Positions 29,171-38,765 of a DNA stretch of 40,917 nt are shown in pieces. Position 1 is the stretch's first letter. Each line of letters opens with the position of its first letter. The notes below the pieces were generated by a model that saw only the letters and a program-made list of their open reading frames with translations, had not been told where the DNA came from and searched no databases. A program made the position numbers and the translations under genes. The DNA comes from an uncultured Nitrososphaeria archaeon. Lineage in GTDB: Archaea; Thermoproteota; Nitrososphaeria_A; Caldarchaeales; Wolframiiraptoraceae. The stretch covers positions 1 to 40,917 of the forward strand of contig CAZKRR010000003.1 in assembly GCA_964555135.1 (NCBI GenBank). The letters are read 5' to 3'.

Positions 29171-30474
29171 TTACTCTGTCTAAGTTAACTTCTTTAAAGT
29201 ATGCATGGTTTGTTGCCATAATACTATTCCTCTTTAGAACCTTCCATGAAGCAGACATCTACATTATCTCAGTAGTTCTCCCCCAGATATTAGAAGAATT
29301 TCAGATAACCTACATTCTCGGAGGAGCATTATTCACAGCAACCACTATCTTATCAGTAGTATTCTATCCAGTATGGGGATACTTATTTGACAGATACTCT
29401 AGAAGATTACTGATCACTCTATCAGGAATACTTTGGGGTTTAACGACATGGCTTAACACTCTTCCCAGAACTTTAACAGGATTCTTTATAACTAGAACTT
29501 TAACGGGTGTTGATAATACTCCTCCAGCAGGTATTCACAGTCTTCTTAGCGATTACTTTCCACCTAAGAAGAGAGGTAAGCCATTCGGCTTGATAAGTGC
29601 AGCAAGTGCTTTCGGAGCATTAACAGGTACGATCGTAGGTGTAACGATAGGATACGCATATGGCTGGCGTTCATTATTCTTCTTAACAGGAGGATTAGGA
29701 ATATTATTGGCTGTAGCTGTTTACTTCTTTGTTAAGGATATTCCTAGAGGAAGCTCTGAGCCAGAACTTTCAGGTCTTGAGTTAAGAGAAGAACTATACA
29801 GAATAAAGGTAAGGGATTTGTTTACTTTAATCAAGAAGCCCTCGCTTCTCTTCTTAAGCTTACAAGGCTTCTTCGGAGTCTTTCCTTGGCAAGCTCTCAC
29901 AGCCTGGACGGTCACCTACCTCATCATAGAAAGAGGATTCAGCGAGCTTCAGGTAATGTTGATAATGTCTATATGGTTGATTGTAATGGTTCTAGGAAAC
30001 TTCATAGGCGGCGCTATAGGAGACTTCTTATTCTCGAGAAGCATGAGTGGGAGAGCTATCTTAGGAGCCGTAGATGTTTTTCTCTCAGCCTTAGCTATCT
30101 ACATAGTTATTATGTGGCCTACAGGAGATGTCATCGGATTCATAATCGCAGGCTCGATGGCTTGTCTAATATTTCCAATGGCTGGACCAAATGTATCTGC
30201 CAGCATAACAGACATAATGGAGCCTGAAGCTAGAAGCTCTGCAGACTCGCTACTTAGAATATTTGAAACTGCAGGCTCCTCAACAGCACCATTAATAGTA
30301 GGGTATCTTGCAGACTTGTACGGTCTAGGCCTTGCGATACTGTATGTTTCCGCCTCTACATGGATTGTTTGTGGTTTACTCTTCACAATACTAGCATTTA
30401 TCATCCGTAAGGATATAATCCATCTTAGAAGTAGGATGAAGGAGAGAGCTGAATTATTCAAGAAACTTCATTAG
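29167..30474 (+). CDS. Major facilitator superfamily transporter
   Basis: About 12 TMs; motif A WGYLFDRYSRR; SDYFPPKKRGK. GTGA overlap with the GH4 stop. Confidence 0.92.
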   Translation: MITLSKLTSLKYAWFVAIILFLFRTFHEADIYIISVVLPQILEEFQITYILGGALFTATTILSVVFYPVWGYLFDRYSRRLLITLSGILWGLTTWLNTLPRTLTGFFITRTLTGVDNTPPAGIHSLLSDYFPPKKRGKPFGLISAASAFGALTGTIVGVTIGYAYGWRSLFFLTGGLGILLAVAVYFFVKDIPRGSSEPELSGLELREELYRIKVRDLFTLIKKPSLLFLSLQGFFGVFPWQALTAWTVTYLIIERGFSELQVMLIMSIWLIVMVLGNFIGGAIGDFLFSRSMSGRAILGAVDVFLSALAIYIVIMWPTGDVIGFIIAGSMACLIFPMAGPNVSASITDIMEPEARSSADSLLRIFETAGSSTAPLIVGYLADLYGLGLAILYVSASTWIVCGLLFTILAFIIRKDIIHLRSRMKERAELFKKLH

Positions 30475-31969
30475 CTGAGATTATCTCTCTGTATGTATAG
30501 TAGCTTCTCCTCGGCTTCCTCTCCTTAGTCTGCATATCTACACTACATAATCCAAACTTCATCTTGAAACCTCTAGCCCATTCATAGTTATCAATTAATG
30601 CCCAGTGGAAATATCCTCTAACATCTACCCCATCTTCCATTATGACCTTCTCTAAGACCCTTAGATGGTCTACAATAAACTTAGGCCTTAAAACATCTTG
30701 TGAATCAGCGACTCCGTTCTCAGTTACGTAGAGAGGCTTATTAAACTTCGCCATAAGCTTTAAAGCTGAAGCTAAACCGATTGGATAGATCTCCCAGCCA
30801 AAATCTGACGTAGGATTATGATCCAATGAAGAACTGTTAGGTTCACATTTATTTCCATATCCATCGACAATTTCTGGAACGGCTGGGATACCTGCAAAGA
30901 TCCTCGCAGTAATAGATTTCTTTCTCTTAACAACATTCCTACTATAATAATTAACACCTATCCAGTCTATTCTTCCACGGATTGAGCTGTCAGATTCTTT
31001 ATCATCAATCCTCATGTTAAGGTTTTGGTCTAGCCATCCATTACAGATTGCTTCCATCAAGAACATGTTATGTATGTGGTTTGAGATTAGGCTAGCTTCA
31101 ACGTCTTTAGATTTATCATAGGGCTCTATAGGTGTTATGTTTAAGATTATTCCAACTTCAGCTGGGTTACCGCTAGTTTTATCTGCTCTAATATTGTCAA
31201 AATGTTTTATCGCATCATATGCTCTAGCATGAGCTACAGCCAGATTAGTTAAGCATTCCTTGAAGAATTTAAAATTATTTAGACTAGGTGGGAAGCCCCA
31301 CTCTGGGAAGAGGTAGCCTGCCTCTGCTACTATGTTTGGCTCATTTAAAGTTACCCAATAATCTACAAGGTCTCCGAGCTTCCAAGCCATGTATGCAGCA
31401 TATTTCCAGAATTCAATGATCGTATCTTCATCAAGCCAGCCTCTTGGACCAACTCTACCCTTAGACTCCTTAACATTCAATGGGTTATGTATCCATAAAG
31501 GTAGGGTGAAGTGGTTTAAGCAGATAATAGGCTTCATACCTTTAGAGATTACGTCTAGTATAATCTCTCTGTAATGTCTTAATGCATTTGTATCAGCAAT
31601 CCTATCTAATTTCTCTAAGAAGCTTTCTCCCCCAGTAATACTTGAGATCCTATTGAATTCATTTCTTCTAACTTCAACTTTAACTTCACGTGTTGAGTTT
31701 GGGAAAATCCTGCTCCACTCAATCCCCATTCTATAAGCATTTAACCCAAGCTGGCTTGCTAGAATATGGTCTCTCTCATATAAATGCCAGTAGTTAGGAC
31801 CATCCTCCGGTAGATGTCCACTTACAATCCCGCTTTCAATATTATATCTATCGTGGACCCAGACAAACCAATCAGTATTCTCATCTAACCCTCTCCTAGA
31901 GGGATCACCCATCTCAAACTGAAAACCACTCTCAGACACACCCCAAAGAAAATTTTTCGGAAAAGGCAT
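30458..31969 (-). CDS. bgaS: Glycoside hydrolase family 1 beta-galactosidase / beta-glycosidase, archaeal BgaS/LacS type
   Basis: FPKNFLWGVSESGFQFEMG, IEWSRIFP, TLNEP (acid/base), YVTENG (nucleophile) and DNYEWARG. Confidence 0.92.
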   Translation of the reverse strand: MPFPKNFLWGVSESGFQFEMGDPSRRGLDENTDWFVWVHDRYNIESGIVSGHLPEDGPNYWHLYERDHILASQLGLNAYRMGIEWSRIFPNSTREVKVEVRRNEFNRISSITGGESFLEKLDRIADTNALRHYREIILDVISKGMKPIICLNHFTLPLWIHNPLNVKESKGRVGPRGWLDEDTIIEFWKYAAYMAWKLGDLVDYWVTLNEPNIVAEAGYLFPEWGFPPSLNNFKFFKECLTNLAVAHARAYDAIKHFDNIRADKTSGNPAEVGIILNITPIEPYDKSKDVEASLISNHIHNMFLMEAICNGWLDQNLNMRIDDKESDSSIRGRIDWIGVNYYSRNVVKRKKSITARIFAGIPAVPEIVDGYGNKCEPNSSSLDHNPTSDFGWEIYPIGLASALKLMAKFNKPLYVTENGVADSQDVLRPKFIVDHLRVLEKVIMEDGVDVRGYFHWALIDNYEWARGFKMKFGLCSVDMQTKERKPRRSYYTYREIISANEVS

Positions 31970-31990
31970 GTACTTAAATCTAGAGAATAC

Positions 31991-32004
31991 TAATATAAGT
32001 TTTT
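31991..32004 (-). promoter_or_regulatory. BRE/TATA promoter of the GH1 gene
   Basis: Minus strand reads AAAAACTTATATTA about 22 nt upstream of the ATG at 31969. Confidence 0.5.
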
Positions 32005-32413
32005 CTAGCTTAGATCATTGACTCTCATCCTATGAAACTAAAACTTCTAGGAAAGAAAATTTGTACTATCTTCTTTAAGCACTTTTGAAGCATCTCGGAA
32101 TAATGATGCTAACATAAACTATCCCTCAGACGTGCCGAGCTTCCCCCATATTCACGGCTCATCTACTTCTAGCTTTCTTCAGACTTCTCCGAGAATGCCT
32201 TAGTTTTAGAAACTAGAGATGAGTTCACCACTCTTGTACCTCTTCTTAAGGTCTAACTGCTTAGACCCTAGTATCACCCACTTATTTTTAATTTGCTAAG
32301 AATACCTCTATGTATATTATATGGTTTTACACTTTTTTGGAAGCACGTTTACTTATTATCTTCAAGATATAGGTTTAATTAAATCTAGAATATTTCCTGG
32401 AGAGGTGTCTCCA

Positions 32414-32884
32414 ATGGATTGTGGGCTTCTCATACTATTTATTGGAAATTCTTTGTTTAGGGATGATAGAATAGGTCTTATAGTGGGAGAGAAGCTAAAG
32501 CCGATTCTTGAGCATGAAGGATTCCATGTTGAAGTCCTGGATAAGTCCGGTCTCTCTCTGATAGATTATATTGAAGGTAGAGAGTTAGTCATAATAGTTG
32601 ATAGTATCATAACATCAGAACATCAAGTAGGAGAAGTAGTAGACGTAGACCTAAATAAACTAGAAAGCTGCTCTGTGTGGAGCCCCCACTATATGGGTCT
32701 ACCTGAAACATTGAGGGTTATGGAGGAGTTAGGTATACCTAAGCCGGAGAAGCTATACGTAATAGGAATAGAAGTAGTAGATGTCTACACAATCTCAGAA
32801 GAAATCTCAAGAGAATTAGAGGAGAGGCTAGATGAGATATCAAGTAGAGTCTACGAAATGATAAAGAGTAAACTGTATAAGTAG
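32414..32884 (+). CDS. [NiFe]-hydrogenase maturation protease (HyaD/HycI family)
   Basis: IGNSLFRDDRIG, IIVDS, SPHYMGL and VIGIE motifs. The ATG at 32414 is preceded by GAGGTG, a better start than 32321. Confidence 0.9.
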   Translation: MDCGLLILFIGNSLFRDDRIGLIVGEKLKPILEHEGFHVEVLDKSGLSLIDYIEGRELVIIVDSIITSEHQVGEVVDVDLNKLESCSVWSPHYMGLPETLRVMEELGIPKPEKLYVIGIEVVDVYTISEEISRELEERLDEISSRVYEMIKSKLYK

Positions 32885-32941
32885 TGTATATCACATGCAT
32901 AATCTAAGTTAGTGTTATTAGTTATCTGCTCTATAGAGCTA

Positions 32942-33298
32942 TCAGTAGACTATAGTTTTATCAAATCTTTTATTTGAGAGAGTAAACTGGATGATTATTC
33001 TAGGGATAGTTAGTATAAACCCCCATACTGTAAAGACTGTTGCCGTCATTAAACCTCCAACCATAGTCATCTCATGAAGCATTACTGGGATATCTGCTGG
33101 GTTGGCCATGGCTGTTAGGAAAGGTGGCCACGGAACTACTTCACCATGCCAGAAGTGTTCTACTGCTAGTAGAGCTGCTCCACCCCATAAGAGTGTATTT
33201 AAAATACCTAGTTTTAGTTTTTCAATCTTTCTGGTAAATGTTTTCTGGACTAGTGTTGTTATTACTGCTATTATCATAGGTGTTATGAAGCATGCCAT
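32942..33298 (-). CDS. Small 3-TM membrane protein of unknown function (His/Glu/Cys-containing)
   Basis: 118 aa. MACF N-terminus, LLWGGAALLAVEHFWHGE and MLHEM; GAGGAAG upstream. Confidence 0.8.
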   Translation of the reverse strand: MACFITPMIIAVITTLVQKTFTRKIEKLKLGILNTLLWGGAALLAVEHFWHGEVVPWPPFLTAMANPADIPVMLHEMTMVGGLMTATVFTVWGFILTIPRIIIQFTLSNKRFDKTIVY

Positions 33299-33315
33299 CT
33301 TTCAGTCTTCCTCTG

Positions 33316-33344
33316 GTAACACCGAAAAGTTAAATAATTGTTAC
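33316..33344. promoter_or_regulatory. Putative NikR-type operator in a divergent promoter
   Basis: Perfect GTAACA-N17-TGTTAC inverted repeat enclosing GAAAAG-TTAAATAA (BRE/TATA, 28 nt before ATG 33366); nikR lies 0.6 kb away. Confidence 0.6.
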
Positions 33345-33365
33345 TAATAAACCTTTCTGAAAAAG

Positions 33366-33659
33366 ATGTGGCTATTAATACTGCTTTTCTCAGCAACTAT
33401 GACGACAGCATTCTGGTATTCTAAAGCTGAAGATGATAAATACATGTTAAAATTCTTAAGCTTAATCTTCTGGGGAGCCTCAATAATGGTCTTCATAGAC
33501 CATCTAATAAGCTACATTACCGAGGGAGGAGAATTCATAGAGATAACGACCGAGTCAACCATACTAGGGTTCATTCTGGTAATCACAGCATTAATTATCT
33601 GGGAGATAGCATTACTGATAAAAGACCCGAAACAAGTAATTCGTAGGAAAATGCGATGA
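33366..33659 (+). CDS. Small 3-TM membrane protein, apparent paralog of the divergent neighbour
   Basis: 97 aa. LSLIFWGASIMVFIDH aligns with LNTLLWGGAALLAVEH of 32942..33298. Confidence 0.8.
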   Translation: MWLLILLFSATMTTAFWYSKAEDDKYMLKFLSLIFWGASIMVFIDHLISYITEGGEFIEITTESTILGFILVITALIIWEIALLIKDPKQVIRRKMR

Positions 33660-33983
33660 GAACAGCATAATTAGACATGCTCAACATCGTAAGCACGTAT
33701 TTCGGATATGGTAACTAGAGAATGAGGAAGAAACCTTAAAAATTACGATAATTCATTTTTCAATTTTTATTTTTGTAATCTTGATGTTTATAACTTGTTC
33801 TTTTGAAGACTACTCTACATATTTGCTGAAAAATGAATTAAAGAACAACTTCAGCTATGCACTAGTATACTATCATAGAGTAAAACGAGGTTTTTCAAGC
33901 TCTTATGATTGCTATGCTTCATCTGTCATCCCCAACCTTCTTGGCATTCTTTATCCGTATTGCTTATATCATACTGTAAGTGA

Positions 33984-34421
33984 GTGAGTCTCGATGCAGA
34001 AATGAAGTATTCTAAGAAAACTATTAAGACAGGAGTCTCGTTTCCATCCGAACTCTTAAGAAACTTTGACAGAATCTTGAAAGAGATAAGTATATCTTCA
34101 AGGTCTCAAGGTCTCCAGGAAGCTATAAGAGCTTTCATATCAATAAATACTTGGAGGATTAGTGGAGAGGAAAGTGTAGCTGGAGCTATACTAGTACATT
34201 ACTCCCATGATGTTAAGGGTCTCGAAGAAGAACTAACAGATATCCAGCATGACTTCATAGACATCATACCATCAGCTCTCCACCTACACTTAACAAGAGA
34301 AGACTGCTTACTAGTAATAGTTGTAAAAGGAGTAGCATCTAGGATTAGAGAGTTAACAGAAAAAATTAGAAGTTTAGGAAGGATTAAACAGCTTACGCCG
34401 ATTCTCACACCAATCTATTAG
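33984..34421 (+). CDS. nikR: Nickel-responsive regulator NikR
   Basis: RHH N-terminus (GVSFPSELL..FD...SRS...EAIR); the Ni ligands QH...HLH....DC are all present. Confidence 0.9.
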   Translation: MSLDAEMKYSKKTIKTGVSFPSELLRNFDRILKEISISSRSQGLQEAIRAFISINTWRISGEESVAGAILVHYSHDVKGLEEELTDIQHDFIDIIPSALHLHLTREDCLLVIVVKGVASRIRELTEKIRSLGRIKQLTPILTPIY

Positions 34422-34442
34422 AAATTATAGGCAGCCACTTAG

Positions 34443-35114
34443 CTAGACTTGATAAGCTTCTCCAGGCTTCAACACAACTACTTTAACTCCTCTAACCTTA
34501 ATTTTCCTCAGTTCACGTTTAAATTCTTCTGGGTCCTGCTTTATTACATCGAAAGTATTGTAGTGCATTGGGATGACAACCTTAGGTTTTACTAAGGCTG
34601 CTGCTAATGCTGCCTCTCTCGGCCCCATCGTGTAGAATCCACCGATTGGTAGTAGAGCTATTGAAGGCTTGTATAATTGCCGGATTAACCTCATATCATG
34701 AAAAACTGTTGTATCTCCTGCATGGTATATGCTGGTCTTACCATCTGATAAAACTACCCCGCATGGGTTAGAAGACATAGAATGGAATGCTGGAGCCAAG
34801 GTGATGGATAACCCATCTATCTTAACCGTCCCACCAATATTCATTCCAATACAATTCTGTACTCCTTCGCTTGAGGCTTTATTGGCTGTTTCATATACCG
34901 ATATTATCGTAGAGTTATGCTTTTTCGCTATCTCAATAGAGTCTCCAAAGTGGTCTCCGTGATCATGTGTAATAACAATAACATCTATATGTTGAAGGTC
35001 TTCAGGCTTCGATGGGGACAGGGGATTCTCTTTCAAGAATGGATCAATTAAAACTCTTTTATCAGCTATCTCTATCTCGAAAGCTGCATGACCTAACCAT
35101 TTAATGGAGACCAT
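34443..35114 (-). CDS. Metal-dependent hydrolase, MBL fold (UPF0173)
   Basis: WLGHAAF, IDPF, THDHGDH, YHAGDT, LLPIGG.YTM and PMHYNTF. Confidence 0.92.
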   Translation of the reverse strand: MVSIKWLGHAAFEIEIADKRVLIDPFLKENPLSPSKPEDLQHIDVIVITHDHGDHFGDSIEIAKKHNSTIISVYETANKASSEGVQNCIGMNIGGTVKIDGLSITLAPAFHSMSSNPCGVVLSDGKTSIYHAGDTTVFHDMRLIRQLYKPSIALLPIGGFYTMGPREAALAAALVKPKVVIPMHYNTFDVIKQDPEEFKRELRKIKVRGVKVVVLKPGEAYQV

Positions 35115-35248
35115 ACATAAAAATCTGTTAAAGAAATTATTAATAATTTCTTTAGAGTAGATGAAATTTATCTTAAAATAAAAGGATGCATGATGGAGAG
35201 TGAGAGATTTATCTTACTTTTATCCTCTCTAGAATAGGGAGGGCTGGG

Positions 35249-36616
35249 ATGGCGTTAACAGATATTACAGACTATGCAAGTAGAAGGGTTACCAGAGTAG
35301 GTGCTCACAGCCACATTAAGGGTCTTGGATTAGATGGTTTAAGAGCTAAGCCTATAGCTGATGGTCTCGTAGGGCAGATTGAGGCGCGTGAAGCTGCTGG
35401 AATAGTCGTTAAGATGATCAAGGAGGGAAAGATGGCTGGTAGAGCAGTATTGTTTGCTGGTCCCCCGGGAACGGGCAAGACTGCTATTGCTTATGGAATT
35501 GCTAAGGAGCTTGGCAAAGATGTACCTTTTGTTGCTTTAAGCGGTTCAGAGATTTATTCTTCAGAATTGAAGAAGACTGAGGTTCTTACTCAAGCCATGA
35601 GGAAAGCTATCGGCGTTAGATTGAGAGAGCAGAGACACGTATACGAAGGTGAGGTAGTCCAGCTAGACATAAAGACCCGGAAGCATCCCTATAACCCATA
35701 CCAAGAAATTCCCGACCACGTTGTTCTTGGTTTGGCAACCAAAGATGATAGAAGGGTGTTTAGAGCAGGTCAAAGTATCGCTCTCCACCTTATCCAGCAG
35801 GGAGTAGTACTAGGCGATATAATAATGATAGATGCGGAAACAGGGAAAGTAACAAAGCTTGGAAGGTCTGAGGAGGCAGCTGAGAAATATGAGATAACTA
35901 CGTGGGAGGAGAAGCCTATACCTAGACCTGCTGGACCTGTAGAGAAGAATAAAGAGTTTATCTATGTCCTAACACTTCATGACCTTGACCAGATATCCGC
36001 GCAACATCGAGGTGGAGGATTATTCGGTCTACTATTCGGCGGTCCTCCTTCCAAAGAGATAGATTCAGAGATAAGGAAAGAAGTTGATGAAATGGTTAAG
36101 AAGAGGCTTGAAGAAGGCACTGCAGAGATAATTCCAGGAGTACTCTTTATAGATGAAGTTCACCTACTAGATATAGAGGCATTCTCCTTCTTGAATGCAG
36201 CTATGGAGAGCGAGCTTGCACCGATACTCATATTTGCAAGTAACCGTGGAGTAACAAGAGTTAGAGGAACGGATATAGAGTCTCCTCATGGGATTCCTCT
36301 AGACCTTTTGGATAGATTACTAATAATCAGTACTAGGCCATATACTAGGGATGAGATTAAGAAGATTCTAGAGATAAGGGCAGCTGAAGAGAAAGTAAAG
36401 ATATCGGGTGAGGCATTAGAAGCTTTAACAGATATTGGTGTTGAATCTACACTTAGATATGCCGTCCAACTTCTTAGGCCGAGCATGGAGATAGCGAGGG
36501 GAAATGGAAAAGAAGAAATAACGGTTCAAGACGTTATTGAAGCTAAGAAGCTATTCTCTGATATAAAGAGGAGCGTAGAAGAACTTAGAAGATTTGAGGA
36601 GTTAATGTTGAAGTAG
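35249..36616 (+). CDS. TIP49 / RuvB-like AAA+ ATPase (archaeal homolog of RUVBL1/2)
   Basis: GAHSHIKGLGL, GLVGQ.EAREA, GPPGTGKT, GSEIYSSE.KKTE, PGVLFIDEVH and SPHGIPLDLLDRL. Confidence 0.95.
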   Translation: MALTDITDYASRRVTRVGAHSHIKGLGLDGLRAKPIADGLVGQIEAREAAGIVVKMIKEGKMAGRAVLFAGPPGTGKTAIAYGIAKELGKDVPFVALSGSEIYSSELKKTEVLTQAMRKAIGVRLREQRHVYEGEVVQLDIKTRKHPYNPYQEIPDHVVLGLATKDDRRVFRAGQSIALHLIQQGVVLGDIIMIDAETGKVTKLGRSEEAAEKYEITTWEEKPIPRPAGPVEKNKEFIYVLTLHDLDQISAQHRGGGLFGLLFGGPPSKEIDSEIRKEVDEMVKKRLEEGTAEIIPGVLFIDEVHLLDIEAFSFLNAAMESELAPILIFASNRGVTRVRGTDIESPHGIPLDLLDRLLIISTRPYTRDEIKKILEIRAAEEKVKISGEALEALTDIGVESTLRYAVQLLRPSMEIARGNGKEEITVQDVIEAKKLFSDIKRSVEELRRFEELMLK

Positions 36617-36617
36617 A

Positions 36618-37295
36618 ATGGGTAGGCTTATCTGTGGAATAGATGAAGCTGGAAGAGGCTCCGTAATAGGACCGATGGTTATAGCCGGAATCCTAATAAG
36701 CGAAGAAAAAATAAATGAATTGGTCAACTTAAAGGTTAGAGATTCTAAAGAAGTTAAACCGGAGGAAAGAGAAAAACTCTACGATGAGATTTTGAAGATA
36801 GCTAAGAGGTGGAAGATAATAATACTAACTGCTAAGGAAGTAGACTCAGAGACTAGAAGAAATAAGATGAGGGGGATAAACTATCTAGAAGCACAGAAAT
36901 TCATCGAGATAATCAATGAGCTTAAACCAGACATAGCTTATATTGACTTACCATCTAGAGACCCTGAAAAATTTAAATCAACAATTTATCAAATGCTGAA
37001 GCATGAATGTCAACTCATCTTAGAGCATAAAGCAGACAAAAACTACCCAGCTACGTCTGCAGCATCTATAGTAGCCAAGGTTACTAGGGATAGAGAAATA
37101 AAGAAGCTTAGAGAAAAATTTGGAGATTTCGGGTCAGGATACCCTCACGACCCTAAAACAAGAAGATTCATTAGAGAAATACTTAAGTCGAGTAGTGAGG
37201 CTCAAGAATACATTAGATTGACTTGGCAAACAATAAAAAGAGTCATGCAGACGAGACTGGAAGAGTATGGGGATGGAGTAGCTGAGGAAGGATAA
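36618..37295 (+). CDS. rnhB: Ribonuclease HII
   Basis: GIDEAGRG, DSK, HKAD, SAASIVAKV.RD, GSGYPHDP and a C-terminal PIP-box-like QTRLEEY. Confidence 0.96.
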   Translation: MGRLICGIDEAGRGSVIGPMVIAGILISEEKINELVNLKVRDSKEVKPEEREKLYDEILKIAKRWKIIILTAKEVDSETRRNKMRGINYLEAQKFIEIINELKPDIAYIDLPSRDPEKFKSTIYQMLKHECQLILEHKADKNYPATSAASIVAKVTRDREIKKLREKFGDFGSGYPHDPKTRRFIREILKSSSEAQEYIRLTWQTIKRVMQTRLEEYGDGVAEEG

Positions 37296-37452
37296 AACAT
37301 TCCAGCTACCGCGTGACTTCTCTCCGGCATACCAAATATAATACGATAATAGATAAATTAAAACTAGGAGGAGTGTAAGAATAAAATGTAGGGGGAAGGG
37401 ATGGCCGACGAGGTATAGTAGCCATGAGACCGCATGATGGGGGGAGATTAAT

Positions 37453-38004
37453 TTGAGGATGCTTTATGCTTTAACGGGGCCACCTGGATGTGGTAAAACT
37501 ACAGCCATTCTCAAAATTAACAATATACTGAGATCATCGAATGTAAAGATTGATGGAATGTATACTGAAGAGATTAGAGTTTCAGGGAGACGTGTGGGGT
37601 TTAGGGTAACTAGAATTGCTACTGGGGAAAGTGGAGTCATGGCCCACGTAGAATTCAAGAGTTCTTATAGAGTCGGAAAATACTTTGTTGATATCAAGAC
37701 TCTAGAAACTATTGGTGTAGCAGGGATACTGAATGGGCTAAACTCTGCACAGGTAGTAATTATTGATGAGGTTGGACCTATGGAACTATATAGCAATAGC
37801 TTCATTAATGCTGTCAGGAGAGTTTTATCACATGATGCCCCTGCTATATTAACAGTCCATTATAGAGCATCCCACCCCATAGTCTATGATGTTAAGAAGA
37901 CTGCAGGTGATAGATTAATAACTTTAAATGAGAGTAATAGAGATAGAATCCCCTACGATGTATCAAGAGAGATTCTGGAAACCTTAGGAAAATCAATCCC
38001 GTAA
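37453..38004 (+). CDS. NTPase (THEP1 / NTPase_1 family)
   Basis: TGPPGCGKTT, G.YTEEIR..GRRVGF, RVGKY and IIDEVGPMEL. Confidence 0.92.
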   Translation: MRMLYALTGPPGCGKTTAILKINNILRSSNVKIDGMYTEEIRVSGRRVGFRVTRIATGESGVMAHVEFKSSYRVGKYFVDIKTLETIGVAGILNGLNSAQVVIIDEVGPMELYSNSFINAVRRVLSHDAPAILTVHYRASHPIVYDVKKTAGDRLITLNESNRDRIPYDVSREILETLGKSIP

Positions 38005-38036
38005 AAGAATAGTTTTTTAGGCGAGCTGGGTTAGCT

Positions 38037-38765
38037 TAACCTTTTTGTAAGGTGTTTCTAACGTAGTTTTATCTCTGTAAATACGAATGCTAGGTGAAGG
38101 CTGCAACTGCTAAGAAGTCAAGCATCGGTGGATAAAATCCCTTGTTTAGAAAAGTTGTCTAACAATGTCCGTGAAATATGTTGATGGAGAAATTGAGGCT
38201 ATGGCTGATCCCCGTTGGGGAAGCAGTTCTACTGGTATGAAGACTAGTGGAAACTTAACTAGGGATAAAAGGATCATGGATGTAGCTGGTACATCTGTAG
38301 GCGAGTAAGCAGAAAGCAACACGCTTAAGGCTGCGAAGTATAGGTTCGCGATGATCAAGCCGAGGAGAAACATTATAAAGCTTAGCTGTTGAGTTCTCAA
38401 GAACAATGTTAAGACCAGAGGAATAATAGATATGATGAGACCAAGAATGAAGAATGAGAGCACATCCTCAACTATAATTGTCCACATGGCTACAGGACAG
38501 CATAGAAGCCTCTTAAGGGTTTTTGAACGGTCTTCCAGGGAACGATTGAAGGGCCTACAGACGTGGCTATGAAAAACGTTGTCATCCCGATTAGTCCTGG
38601 TAAAAACTCTCTGAGTGATACGTCCATCCGATGATGTAGGCTAAGGCTAGGAAGAGTGAGAAAACTAGCCCAAAGAGTATGACGTGGCTTTTCAAGTAGT
38701 ACATTTTAATGCTCTTTTTCAGTTATAACGAGGAAGCGCTTAAATTGTATTGCGAGAATGCTCAT
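38037..38765 (-). pseudogene. ABC-2 type exporter permease, degenerate
   Basis: Hydrophobic fragments in shifting frames: FLPGLIGMTTFFIATSVGPSIVPW, ...VFIPVELLP...SISPSTYFTDIVR. Several frameshifts and stops. Confidence 0.7.

Noticed and set aside
32250-32267. Perfect hairpin GGTCTAA-CTGC-TTAGACC
   Set aside because: 7-bp arms are expected by chance in 40 kb; no second copy or promoter context.
32321-32413. N-terminal extension of the hydrogenase protease ORF
   Set aside because: Family similarity begins at the ATG at 32414, which has a GAGGTG ribosome-binding site.
33781-33987. 68-aa ORF upstream of nikR, and a lone TCATAC half-site at 33969-33974
   Set aside because: The ORF has no recognisable features, and no partner half-site lies at 16-17 bp spacing.
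37380-37450. G-rich intergenic stretch with an ATGGC/GCCAT stem, considered as a C/D-box sRNA or tRNA fragment
   Set aside because: No properly ordered C and D boxes and no cloverleaf.
492-37658. Many short antisense or alternate-frame ORFs in the supplied track (e.g. 492..785, 2108..2356, 10405..10620, 15141..15461, 23958..24332, 30099..30461, 37464..37658)
   Set aside because: They overlap well-supported genes, carry no recognisable motifs and look like shadow ORFs.
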